From: Chloroflexota bacterium
GTDB lineage: Bacteria; Chloroflexota; UBA11872; VXNJ01
Assembly: GCA_965261345.1 (NCBI GenBank)
Contig: OZ253449.1
Span: forward strand, 512,001-576,000
Direction: 5' to 3'
Length of the DNA: 64,000 nt
The notes beneath the pieces were generated by a model, which saw nothing but the letters and a program-made list of their open reading frames with translations, did not search any database and was not told the DNA's origin. Each line of letters begins with the position of its first letter. The first letter of the stretch is position 1. The position numbers and the translations under genes are program-made. Positions 32,296-41,923 of the stretch are shown in pieces.

Positions 32296-33090
32296 TTAGC
32301 CGTCCTCGGCAATGATCTGGGTGCCCGATCCTGGGCGACCCGCCAGAACCGCTTCGACCGCTCCGGGGCGAGCACCATCTACGATGTGGACCGAGCCCAC
32401 CGCGTCGAGGAGATCAAGGGCCGCCACCAGCTTGGGAATCATCCCGCCGGATATTGCCCCATCGTCGACCAGTCGCCTTGCAACATCGGGCGTAACGCGT
32501 TCGACTAATGCGCCGGAACGGTCCAGCACTCCGGGCACATTGGAGGCCAGCACCAGTGCCGCGGCTCCAAGTTCCCGGGCCAGGCGGCCGGCCACAGTAT
32601 CGGCGTTTACGTTGTAGATCTGGCCGTTGGCATCCAATCCCAAGGGGGCCACAACCGGAGTGATCTCGGCATCGAGGAGCAAGTTGATGGCGGTCGGGTT
32701 GACCGCGACGATCTGGCCCACCCAACCCAAACGCCCAGCCTGCTCGGGTTCGACCGTAATCAACTGGCCATCAATTCCGCAGATACCAACCGCCAGCACT
32801 CGGGCCCGGCTCAGCTCGGCTACGATCTGCTTGTTTACGGTTCCGGCAAAGACCTCAACTGCGGCGGACCGCACCGCGTCGTCGGTGTAGCGCAGACCGC
32901 CAACGAAACGCGACTCGACGCCGTTTGCAGACAGGTTGGCGCTCAGCGCCCGGCCGCCCCCGTGCACGATCAGCACTCGGTGGCCGCAATCGCGCAGGCG
33001 CCCCACCTGGCGACACAGGTCGGGCAGGTCCAGTTCGTCGCCACCGCCGATTTTTAGAACCGTGGGTGGGCGGCTAGGAGAACGCCGCAA
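32296..33090 (-). CDS. argB: Acetylglutamate kinase
   Basis: VLKIGG, VHGGG, GLRYTD, NVNADT.A, GGMIPK. Confidence 0.95.
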   Translation of the reverse strand: MRRSPSRPPTVLKIGGGDELDLPDLCRQVGRLRDCGHRVLIVHGGGRALSANLSANGVESRFVGGLRYTDDAVRSAAVEVFAGTVNKQIVAELSRARVLAVGICGIDGQLITVEPEQAGRLGWVGQIVAVNPTAINLLLDAEITPVVAPLGLDANGQIYNVNADTVAGRLARELGAAALVLASNVPGVLDRSGALVERVTPDVARRLVDDGAISGGMIPKLVAALDLLDAVGSVHIVDGARPGAVEAVLAGRPGSGTQIIAEDG

Positions 33091-33102
33091 AACCGGGTCG
33101 CC

Positions 33103-34287
33103 TCAGGTCGTGTACTCGGAGTTAAAGATCACGTACTCCGAGCTCAGTTCGCAACCCACTGCCCGGGCCGTGTGCGGGCCCGAATGCAAATTCAGGGTGA
33201 TGACCGATCGCGGCTTGGCCATTTCAGCCGAGGCTGCGGACGCGTCAAATGCGATCGGCGACCCCGATCGCATCATCTGGACCGGGCCGATGAACATGTC
33301 CATCCGATCGGGATCGAACATCGCGCCGGAATATCCGGCCGCGCACAGGCAGCGGCCGAAGTTCGAGTCGGCGCCGTGTACCGCAGTCTTTACCAGCATC
33401 GAGGCGGAAATCGCGCGCGCCGTCAATCGGGCGTCGCCCACGCTTGAGGCACCAACCACCGAGACTTCGAAGACGCGGTTTACGCCCTCGCCGCCGGCCA
33501 CTATGGCGGCCGCCATTTCCCAGGCCAGCTTTTGATAGGCATCCGCAAACGCCGCCCAGTCGGCGTCGCCGGGCGCCAGGTCGATCCCGCTGGCGCCGGA
33601 GGCCAGGGTCAAGAGCGAATCGTTAGTCGATGAATCGCCGTCGATGCTGATCATGTTGAAGGTGGAATCAGCGACCGCAGCGGTGAGCGCGTGCAGGTCG
33701 GATGCGGCGACCCGGGCATCGGTGGTTACGAACGCGAGCATCGTGGCCATGTTGGGATGAATCATTCCCGCACCCTTGCACATGGCCCCAAGGGTTACCA
33801 GCCCTCGGGCGGTGGTCACCTGGCAACTGGCGAACTTGGGTCCCTGATCGGTCGTAAGGATTGCGGTGGCAGCGTCCGGCCCGCCGTCCCGGGAAAGCAC
33901 GATCCGCTCGATGCCGGCGGCGATCTTGGGCATCGGCAGTTGCACACCGATGATCCCGGTCGAGCAACAGAGGACTTCGTGGGAATCTATTCCAAGCCGC
34001 CCGGCGGCCAGGCGCGCCACCTCCATCGTGTTGTCAAAACCCTGCGCCCCGGTGGCGGCGTTGGCGATTCCCGAATTGGTAACGATCGCGCGCGCCCGGC
34101 CGCGGCCTACCACCGCCCGGTTGTAGCGCACGCTCGGGGCCGCGAAGCGATTCTTGGTAAACACCCCGGCAACCGTGCACGCAGAGTCGGCGGCGACGAT
34201 CGCCAGGTCAGGGGCTCCGGACGGCTTGATGCCGCAGCAGTAGCCCCCGGCGGTAAATCCCTGTGGCGTACAAATGCCCTGGCTCAT
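33103..34287 (-). CDS. argJ: Bifunctional glutamate N-acetyltransferase / ornithine acetyltransferase
   Basis: NSG.ANA.TG, STG.IG, KGAGMIHPNMATML, DGD.STND, YV..NSEYTT. Confidence 0.97.
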   Translation of the reverse strand: MSQGICTPQGFTAGGYCCGIKPSGAPDLAIVAADSACTVAGVFTKNRFAAPSVRYNRAVVGRGRARAIVTNSGIANAATGAQGFDNTMEVARLAAGRLGIDSHEVLCCSTGIIGVQLPMPKIAAGIERIVLSRDGGPDAATAILTTDQGPKFASCQVTTARGLVTLGAMCKGAGMIHPNMATMLAFVTTDARVAASDLHALTAAVADSTFNMISIDGDSSTNDSLLTLASGASGIDLAPGDADWAAFADAYQKLAWEMAAAIVAGGEGVNRVFEVSVVGASSVGDARLTARAISASMLVKTAVHGADSNFGRCLCAAGYSGAMFDPDRMDMFIGPVQMMRSGSPIAFDASAASAEMAKPRSVITLNLHSGPHTARAVGCELSSEYVIFNSEYTT

Positions 34288-34315
34288 TGGTTATTGCCCT
34301 CCAACGGCGATCACA

Positions 34316-35353
34316 CTATGGATAGGAAGGGGCCTGAGAAAGGCCGCTGCGTTCATCGATCCCCAGCATCAGGTTGGCATTTTGCAGCGCCTGCCCCGCC
34401 GCCCCTTTTATCAGGTTGTCGATTGCCCCAAACATGAGCAACCCGCGCCGATTGGCACTTACCCGCGCGTGCACCGCGCAGTAATTTGAACCGGTCACCC
34501 ATTTGGTGCGCGGTGGCTGGTCCAGCACGATCGTAAACGGGCAGTCAGAAAAAAAGTCCGCGTAAATGCGCTCGACCTGACCCTGTTCGATCGGACGCCG
34601 CAGGCGGGCGTAGCCGGTCGAGAGGATGCCACGGATCATCGGGGTCAGATGCGGGACAAAGGTAACGTCCACCGCCTGCCGGGCCACCAGCGACAGCTCC
34701 TGGACCATTTCCGCCACATGGCGGTGTCCGTCGACCCCGTAGGCGTGGATGCTCTCGGCAACCTCCGAATAATGGCTGTCAACCTTGAGCGCGCGCCCGG
34801 CGCCCGAGACACCCGATTTAGCGTCGACGATCAGATCGGGCTCTATCAGCTCGGCCGCCAACGCCGGGGCCGCCGCCAGGATCGCCGCGGTGGGGTAGCA
34901 GCCGGGGTTGCCGACCAATCGCGACGCACCGATCTCGGCCCGGTGCAATTCCGGCAGGCCGTAGACCGCCGCCGGCAGCAGGTCGGGTCGGGGGTGGGCG
35001 GCGCCGTAGTAGTGCTCGTAAACGGAGGGGTCGGCCAGGCGCAGATCAGCGCTCACGTCGACTACCGCCACGCCGGCCTCAACGAACGGGCAGAGGGCCT
35101 CTACCGAGGCCTGGTGCGGAAGGCAGGAGAAAACGACGTCGGTTGCGGTCGAAGCTCTCTCCGTTAGGACCTTTTCAGCGACCGAACCGTCACCGAACGT
35201 TGCCGCCTGTGGAAAAACCTGGCCCATCCGCCGGCCGGCCTGGCTGCGCGCGGTAAGCGCAACTAGCTCCAGCCCGGGGTGAGCGCTTATCAAGCGGGTG
35301 AGCTCCAGCCCAAAGTAGGAGGTGGCGTTAATTACGGTGGCCCGCATCGGCAT
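34316..35353 (-). CDS. argC: N-acetyl-gamma-glutamyl-phosphate reductase
   Basis: LPH, D.SAD.R, YGLPEL, NPGCYPT, SGVSGAGR, HRH..E, DNL.KGAAGQA.QN. Confidence 0.96.
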   Translation of the reverse strand: MPMRATVINATSYFGLELTRLISAHPGLELVALTARSQAGRRMGQVFPQAATFGDGSVAEKVLTERASTATDVVFSCLPHQASVEALCPFVEAGVAVVDVSADLRLADPSVYEHYYGAAHPRPDLLPAAVYGLPELHRAEIGASRLVGNPGCYPTAAILAAAPALAAELIEPDLIVDAKSGVSGAGRALKVDSHYSEVAESIHAYGVDGHRHVAEMVQELSLVARQAVDVTFVPHLTPMIRGILSTGYARLRRPIEQGQVERIYADFFSDCPFTIVLDQPPRTKWVTGSNYCAVHARVSANRRGLLMFGAIDNLIKGAAGQALQNANLMLGIDERSGLSQAPSYP

Positions 35354-35499
35354 TCTGGTGGGGGTGTGGGAAGACTCGACATTCGCGCAATCGAAAGTCT
35401 ATTGCTCGCGGCCCAACTGGCGGCCAGGCAATCCCCAACTAGAATCCCTTTCGGCCAACCGGCCGAGGCACAAAAACTGGACTGCTACGGGCCCTGGCT

Positions 35500-36675
35500 A
35501 TGCAATGGCAAGCACTCGCCGATGATCTTTACGCGCAATGTTTTGCGCGCTTCCCACTCACCCTGGTGCGCGGGCAAGGCACCCGGGTCTGGGACGATAA
35601 GGGCCGTTCATATCTCGATTTCGTGGCCGGGATCGCGGTCTGCAGCCTCGGACACGCCAACCCGGCAATCGCCGACGCGGTTGCCGCGCAGGCCCGCGAA
35701 CTGGTTACCGTTTCGAGCCTCTACTACACCATCCCGCAGATTGAACTGGCCAGCTTGCTGCTCGACCAGTCGCCCTTTGACCGCGTCTTTTTCACCAACA
35801 GTGGCGCCGAATCAACTGAGACCGCGGTCAAAGCGGCCCGCAAATTCGGGATGGCCAACCGGTCGGGCGCCTACCACGTCATTTCAACCAACCGCAGTTT
35901 TCACGGGCGAACCCTGGCAATGACCGCTGCCACCGGCACCGCCGCCTACCAGACGCCATTCGGTCCGATGCCCGACGGCTTCGCACAGGTTCAGTTCAAC
36001 GACCTGGATGCGATGGCCGACGCCATCACCGACCAGACCTGTGCCATCATGGTCGAACCGGTCCAGGCCGAGGGCGGGGTGTGGCCGGCCGACTCCGGCT
36101 ACCTTGAGGGCCTGCGGGCGCTGTGCGATCAACACGGGCTCCTGCTCATCTTTGATGAAGTCCAAACCGGCATCGGACGCCTCGGTCATGTTTATGGATT
36201 CGCCCACTGGGGCGTGGAACCCGACCTGATCTGCCTAGCCAAAGGGTTGGGCGGCGGATTTCCACTCGGCGCGGTGCTCTTTAAGGAGCACGCCCAGACC
36301 CTGCGCCCCGGGGACCATGGCAACACCTTCGCCGGATCGCCGGTCATGTGCGCGGCCGGCAAAGTGGTAATGGAAGCGGTCCTGTCCGAAGGTTTTCTCG
36401 AAGCCGTAAGGGCCCGCGGCGATCAGATCGCCGCAGCGCTTAGCGCGCTCAAGGACACCGGCAAAGTCATTGACGTGCGCGGGGTGGGGCTCCTCCAGGG
36501 ATTTGAGTTGGAATCGCCCGAACTGGCCGATCACGTCGTGGCCTACGCCCGCGCCAACGGCTTGATCGTCGTCAAGGTCGCCGCCGCGGCCATCCGGATG
36601 GTGCCACCGCTTACCGTGAGCACCGACGAAGTTGACGAGGCGTTGGCAATCGTGGCCGACGCCATCGGGGCCTGA
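35500..36675 (+). CDS. argD: Acetylornithine aminotransferase
   Basis: YLDF.AGIAV..LGH, NSGAE, FHGRT, FDEVQTG.GR, AKGLGGG; arg cluster context. Confidence 0.93.
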   Translation: MQWQALADDLYAQCFARFPLTLVRGQGTRVWDDKGRSYLDFVAGIAVCSLGHANPAIADAVAAQARELVTVSSLYYTIPQIELASLLLDQSPFDRVFFTNSGAESTETAVKAARKFGMANRSGAYHVISTNRSFHGRTLAMTAATGTAAYQTPFGPMPDGFAQVQFNDLDAMADAITDQTCAIMVEPVQAEGGVWPADSGYLEGLRALCDQHGLLLIFDEVQTGIGRLGHVYGFAHWGVEPDLICLAKGLGGGFPLGAVLFKEHAQTLRPGDHGNTFAGSPVMCAAGKVVMEAVLSEGFLEAVRARGDQIAAALSALKDTGKVIDVRGVGLLQGFELESPELADHVVAYARANGLIVVKVAAAAIRMVPPLTVSTDEVDEALAIVADAIGA

Positions 36676-36707
36676 CCACCCGCAGCGAGATTGCGGCTCA
36701 ACAGACC

Positions 36708-37934
36708 ATGGACAAGGTTGTACTGGCTTATTCGGGGGGACTCGACACCTCGGTGGCCATTCCCTGGATAAAGGAAAACTACGGACTAGAGGTAATAGCC
36801 CTGACGATCGACCTGGGTCAGGGCCGCGAGCTCGAAGGGGTACGCGAACGGGCCCTGTTCAACGGCGCCGCCGATGCCCTGGTCGAGGACGCGCGGGCGC
36901 TGTTCGTTGATCGCTTCGTTTTTCCTTCCCTGCAGGCGGGCGCCAAATACGAGGATGCCTATTACCTAGCCACCGCGTTGGGTCGGCCGCTGATAGCCTG
37001 GCTGCTGGTGGAAACCGCGCGCGAACTGGGGGCGGTTGCGGTGGCCCACGGATCGACCGGCAAGGGCAACGACCAGGTGCGTTTCGACGTCTCCGTACGA
37101 ACGCTTGATCCGAATCTGAGGATCATTGCCCCGATCCGCGAATGGAGCCTCAACCGCGAACAGGAGATTGAGTACGCAAACCGCCTGGGCCTGCAAATTC
37201 CGTTGACCCGGGAGAGCCCCTACTCGACCGATGAGAACCTATGGGGCCGGAGCATCGAGGCGGGGGTCTTAGAAGACGCCTGGGCCGAACCGCCAGACAA
37301 TGTTTGGCTCTGGACGGTTGCCCCGGGCGATGCGCCGGACCGGCCCGAATATCTCGAAATCGGATTCGAGGCCGGACTGCCGACGGCGCTCAACGGTGAG
37401 CCGATGGGGGGTGTTCAACTGATTTCACGGCTGCAGGACATTGGTGGGCGGCACGGCATCGGCCGGGCCGATCACATCGAGAATCGGCTGATCGGGATCA
37501 AATCGCGCGAGGTGTACGAGATGCCGGCGGCCGAGATCCTCCACCGCGCCCACTATGCAATGGAAACGATGACGCTCTCGCGCGAACAAATGCGATTCAA
37601 GGTTCAGGTGGCCAGTGAATACGCCCGCCTGGTCTACGATGGCCTGTGGTTTTCCGGCCTGCACCGCGACCTGGCCGCCTACTTGAAACAGAATCAGGTC
37701 CAGGTCTCAGGGACGGTCCGGATGCGTCTCTACAAGGGGCGCGCCGAGGTGGTCGGCCGGTCATCTGAGCACGCGCTCTATCGACCCGAGCTGGCGACCT
37801 ACGGAGCCGACGACACTTTCGATCACGAAGCCGCGGTCGGGTTTATCAAGTTGCACGGGATGGGCCAGCAAACCCAGGCGCGGCTGCAGCTCGGCGCCGG
37901 CGGCGATAAATTGCTGCCGCCCGGTGGCAGCTAG
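36708..37934 (+). CDS. argG: Argininosuccinate synthase
   Basis: LAYSGGLDTS, HG.TGKGNDQVRF, ENRLIGIKSREVYE. Confidence 0.97.
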   Translation: MDKVVLAYSGGLDTSVAIPWIKENYGLEVIALTIDLGQGRELEGVRERALFNGAADALVEDARALFVDRFVFPSLQAGAKYEDAYYLATALGRPLIAWLLVETARELGAVAVAHGSTGKGNDQVRFDVSVRTLDPNLRIIAPIREWSLNREQEIEYANRLGLQIPLTRESPYSTDENLWGRSIEAGVLEDAWAEPPDNVWLWTVAPGDAPDRPEYLEIGFEAGLPTALNGEPMGGVQLISRLQDIGGRHGIGRADHIENRLIGIKSREVYEMPAAEILHRAHYAMETMTLSREQMRFKVQVASEYARLVYDGLWFSGLHRDLAAYLKQNQVQVSGTVRMRLYKGRAEVVGRSSEHALYRPELATYGADDTFDHEAAVGFIKLHGMGQQTQARLQLGAGGDKLLPPGGS

Positions 37935-38009
37935 GAATTTGCCCCGCCGGGCGGGCGGCGGAGGACGAAGCAGCGCGGCAGCCCCGCAAACCGTCACTGG
38001 GGGCCCAGA

Positions 38010-39428
38010 TTGACTCTCTGGGCCGGGCGCCTTGGTGCCGGTGGTGGTGGAGCGGCGATCGGCTTTACCGGTTCCCTGGCCCGCGACCAACGATTCTGGC
38101 GCGAGGAATTGGCGGTGGCCGACGCCCACGTCGAAATGCTCTCGGCCTGCGCCATCATCCCGTCCGAACAGGCTGGCGCCATCCGCGCCGGGCTCGCCGA
38201 CCTAGGTCGGCAGTTCGCTGACGCGGGAGTTCCACTCGACGGCGGCGACGAAGATATCCACTCGTTGGTCGAACGCCTCCTGCACGAATCAATTGGGGCG
38301 GCGTCCGGTCATCTCCGCACCGCGCGTTCCCGCAATGATCAGGTTGCCACCGCTTTTAGGCTCTACGTCCGGGCCGCCACGGTGCGGGTTTGGCTGGCCA
38401 GCCTTGACCTATTCGACACGATCGTCGACCGGGCCGGGCAACAAAATTTGGCAATCGCCCCAGGCATGACCCATCTCCAGGTTGGCCAACCGATATTGCT
38501 CGCCCACCATCTGCTGGCCCACGCGCAGGCGATTAAGCGCACCTGCCTCCGCTGCCCGGTCGCGATTGAGGCGGCTTCCGAATTGCCGCTGGGGGCCGGC
38601 GCCCTAGCCGGCACTACGTTTCCGATCGACCCTCAATTGGTAGCTTCCCGGCTGGGTTTTGCAAGGGTGACCGCCAACAGTATCGATGCGGTCGCAAACC
38701 GTGATTTCGTAGTCGATTTCCTGCAAGTAACCGCCCAGTTGGCGGTGAACCTTTCACGCATGGCCGAGGAAATCGTCATATGGGCCTCGCAGCCGTATTC
38801 GGCGGTCGCCCTACCCGCCGCCTGGTCGACCGGATCGAGCATCATGCCGCAGAAGAAGAATCCCGACGTGGCCGAATTGGTGCGCGGCCGGGCCGGCGCG
38901 GCAATCGGTCGCGTCGCCGGATTCCTGGCGACCGTAAAGTCGCTTCCGCTGGCCTACAACTTGGACCTGCAGGAAGACAAACAGGTGGTGTTCGCGGCCG
39001 AGGACGATGCCCTGGCCAGCCTACGCGCGCTGGACGGATTGCTGGCCAGCCTGCACTTTGACCAGCAGCGCCTGCGGGAAATTGCGGCGATGGGGTCATC
39101 GGCAGCCACCGATCTGGCCGACTACCTGGTCACCCGCGGGCTCCCTTTTAGCCAGGCACATGCCAAGGTCGCCGGATTGGTGGCCGAACTGGAGCGGACC
39201 GGAGGCGACCTGAGCAAAGTTGGCCTGGCCCAGCTGCAGGCCCACAGCGAGCTTTTCGCCGCCGATGCGCTCGACCGTATGGACCCAACCTGGTCGGTGA
39301 ACGCCCGCGTGTCACCCGGCGGCACCGCGCCGGTCCAGGTTCTTGCACAGATCCAGGACGCTGCGGACTGGTCGGCTAGCGAACGGGTCCGAGCGACCGC
39401 GGCCACGCCGGGTTTCCTGCCCAAGTGA
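38010..39428 (+). CDS. argH: Argininosuccinate lyase
   Basis: LW.GR, EDIH, RSRNDQ, THLQ, GSSIMPQKKNPD. Confidence 0.97.
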   Translation: MTLWAGRLGAGGGGAAIGFTGSLARDQRFWREELAVADAHVEMLSACAIIPSEQAGAIRAGLADLGRQFADAGVPLDGGDEDIHSLVERLLHESIGAASGHLRTARSRNDQVATAFRLYVRAATVRVWLASLDLFDTIVDRAGQQNLAIAPGMTHLQVGQPILLAHHLLAHAQAIKRTCLRCPVAIEAASELPLGAGALAGTTFPIDPQLVASRLGFARVTANSIDAVANRDFVVDFLQVTAQLAVNLSRMAEEIVIWASQPYSAVALPAAWSTGSSIMPQKKNPDVAELVRGRAGAAIGRVAGFLATVKSLPLAYNLDLQEDKQVVFAAEDDALASLRALDGLLASLHFDQQRLREIAAMGSSAATDLADYLVTRGLPFSQAHAKVAGLVAELERTGGDLSKVGLAQLQAHSELFAADALDRMDPTWSVNARVSPGGTAPVQVLAQIQDAADWSASERVRATAATPGFLPK

Positions 39429-39555
39429 GGCGGCGGCGATGCGTGCTGGCCGGCGGTTATCCCCACCCAAATAGAATTCACCCCGACTTTTTTCAGCACC
39501 GTCGGCGCCGACAGGCGGCGGCCCACCTATCAATTCAAAGGGAGCCTTGCGCTCA

Positions 39556-41853
39556 ATGACTCAAAGCATGAGTTTGGGTTTTCCCCGCATCGGACCCAAG
39601 CGTGAATTAAAGCGCGCCGTGGAACGCTACTGGCGCGGCCGCAACGACCAACCGACACTGCTGGCCGCCGCCGCCAATTTGCGCGAATACGCCTGGAAAC
39701 TGCAGGCCGATGCGGGTATCGACTTGATCCCCAGCAACGATTTCTCGCTCTACGACCAGGTCCTGGACACATCGATGATGGTCGGAGCGATTCCGGAGCG
39801 ATTCCGGGACCTGGGCCAGCTCTCGCCCCTGGACGTCTACTTTGCGATGGCCCGCGGCTATCAGGGTCCGCTGGGCGATGTGCAGGCCTGCGAATTGACC
39901 AAATGGTTTGACACCAACTACCACTATGTAGTCCCGGAGTTGAGCGCTGAGACCGAGTTTTGCCTGAACGCCCAAAAACCGCTCGCGGAGTTCGCGCAGG
40001 CCAGGGACCTGGGAATAGCAACCACGCCGGTCCTAATCGGGCCCCTTTCCTATCTGGCCCTCGGCAAGGTTCCGGGCGACCTTGACCGTTTGGACCTGCT
40101 GGATAGATTGCTGCCGGTCTACGAACAACTGCTCGGCCAGCTGCAAGCGGCCGGCGCCGACGCGGTCCAACTCCACGAACCGATCTTGGTCACCGATCTT
40201 GCCGCTGGCATGGCCGACGGCTTCCGGCGCGCCTATGCCCGGTTGGCCGAGGCCGGGATCGACATCATATTGGCCACCTACTTTGGTCCGCTCGCTGAAA
40301 ACCTCGAGCTGGCCGCCAATCTCCCGATCGCAGTGCTCCATCTTGATCTGGCACGTTCACCCGGGCAGCTGCCGGCGGCCGTTGCCGCAGCCAAGGGGTC
40401 ATCAGTCCAACTCTCATTGGGACTCGTCGACGGGCGCAACGTCTGGCGCGCCGATCTGGACGGCGCCTTGGAGTTGGCCCTGCAAGCCACAGTCGAGTTG
40501 GGCAGCCCTGATCGTCTGATCGTTGCCCCCTCGTGCTCGCTACAACACTGCCCGGTCGATCTGTCCCGGGAGATCGATCTGGACGACGAATTGCTACAGT
40601 GGCTAGCTTTTGCCAAGCAAAAGTTGTCCGAGGTCGTTGCCCTGGCCCGGGCCACCGGCGGCGACCGGGCCGGCGTGAGTGACCAGTTCGAAAGCTCGGC
40701 CCGGGCCAAAAAGGCCCACGCCCAATCAGATCGCATTCACGACCCACAGGTTGCCGAACGGCTCGCCAACCTGACCGCGGCGATGACCGAGCGCCATCTG
40801 CCCTATCCGCAACGCGCCGCCATTCAGTTCGAGCACCTCGGGCTGCGGCAGTTGCCAACGACCACGATCGGTTCCTTTCCTCAATCTGGACAGGTGCGCA
40901 GGCAGCGCCGCGCCTACCGCCGCGGGGAACAGGACCGGTCCCAATACGAAGATTTCTTGCGCTCGGAGATCGAGCGAACGATCCGCGCCCAGGAGGAATT
41001 GGGAATCGATGTCTTGGTGCACGGCGAGTTTGAGCGCACCGACATGGTCGAGTATTTTGGCGAACAGCTGAAAGGCATCGCGTTCACCGGCAACGGGTGG
41101 GTGCAAAGCTACGGAACCCGTTGCGTGCGCCCGCCGCTTATCTACGGCGACGTTTCGCGCCCCAAACCGATGACCGTTAGCTGGTCGGCCTTCGCCCAGT
41201 CGCTGACGAAGCGGCCGGTCAAGGGCATGCTGACCGCACCGGTAACGATCATGTTGTGGTCTTTCGTGCGCGACGACCAGCCGCGCGCCCAGACCTGCCG
41301 CCAGATCGCCCTGGCCCTGCGCGACGAGGTCGCCGACCTTGAGGCAGCCGGGATATCGGTGATCCAGCTGGATGAACCGGCGCTGCGCGAAGGGCTACCG
41401 CTGCGGCGATCCGAGCATGCCGACTACCTCAAATGGGCGGTTGAATGCTTCCGCTTGGCCGCCTCCGGGGTCAGCGACCGGACCCAGATCCACACCCACA
41501 TGTGCTATTCGGAATTTAACGACATCATCGGGGCAATCGCCGACCTCGACGCCGATGTGCTATCGATCGAGGCATCACGGTCCTCGATGGAATTGCTGGA
41601 ATCATTCGTCGACTTCGAATACCCCAATGAAATTGGGCCCGGGGTATACGACATTCACTCGCCGCGAATCCCGTCCACCGCCGAGATGGAGCAGCGGCTG
41701 CGATTGGCGCTCAAGCACGTCAAACCCGAAAAATTATGGGTAAATCCCGACTGCGGACTAAAGACCCGTCGTTGGGAAGAAGTCGGACCGGCGCTGCGAA
41801 ACATGGTCGAGGCCTCCGATCGGGTCCGTCAAGCTCAACTCACCGCGCAATAA
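39556..41853 (+). CDS. metE: Cobalamin-independent methionine synthase
   Basis: GFPRIG..RELK, KWFDTNYHY, PTTTIGSFPQ, HGEFER.DMVEYF, HTHMCY, NPDCGLKTR. Confidence 0.97.
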   Translation: MTQSMSLGFPRIGPKRELKRAVERYWRGRNDQPTLLAAAANLREYAWKLQADAGIDLIPSNDFSLYDQVLDTSMMVGAIPERFRDLGQLSPLDVYFAMARGYQGPLGDVQACELTKWFDTNYHYVVPELSAETEFCLNAQKPLAEFAQARDLGIATTPVLIGPLSYLALGKVPGDLDRLDLLDRLLPVYEQLLGQLQAAGADAVQLHEPILVTDLAAGMADGFRRAYARLAEAGIDIILATYFGPLAENLELAANLPIAVLHLDLARSPGQLPAAVAAAKGSSVQLSLGLVDGRNVWRADLDGALELALQATVELGSPDRLIVAPSCSLQHCPVDLSREIDLDDELLQWLAFAKQKLSEVVALARATGGDRAGVSDQFESSARAKKAHAQSDRIHDPQVAERLANLTAAMTERHLPYPQRAAIQFEHLGLRQLPTTTIGSFPQSGQVRRQRRAYRRGEQDRSQYEDFLRSEIERTIRAQEELGIDVLVHGEFERTDMVEYFGEQLKGIAFTGNGWVQSYGTRCVRPPLIYGDVSRPKPMTVSWSAFAQSLTKRPVKGMLTAPVTIMLWSFVRDDQPRAQTCRQIALALRDEVADLEAAGISVIQLDEPALREGLPLRRSEHADYLKWAVECFRLAASGVSDRTQIHTHMCYSEFNDIIGAIADLDADVLSIEASRSSMELLESFVDFEYPNEIGPGVYDIHSPRIPSTAEMEQRLRLALKHVKPEKLWVNPDCGLKTRRWEEVGPALRNMVEASDRVRQAQLTAQ

Positions 41854-41923
41854 GGACCCCAAGTCCTGGCAAAGGACCCTGCGGCGGATATTCGCAAATA
41901 CGTGTAGGGCGATATCGCGCGGG

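Noticed and set aside
39429-39555. Cobalamin or SAM riboswitch upstream of metE
   Set aside because: Region is short and lacks B12-box or S-box core sequences.
41854-41923. c-di-GMP-I riboswitch (GGCAAA...GCAAA)
   Set aside because: Only a simple GTCCT/AGGAC hairpin; the P1/P2 architecture is not present.
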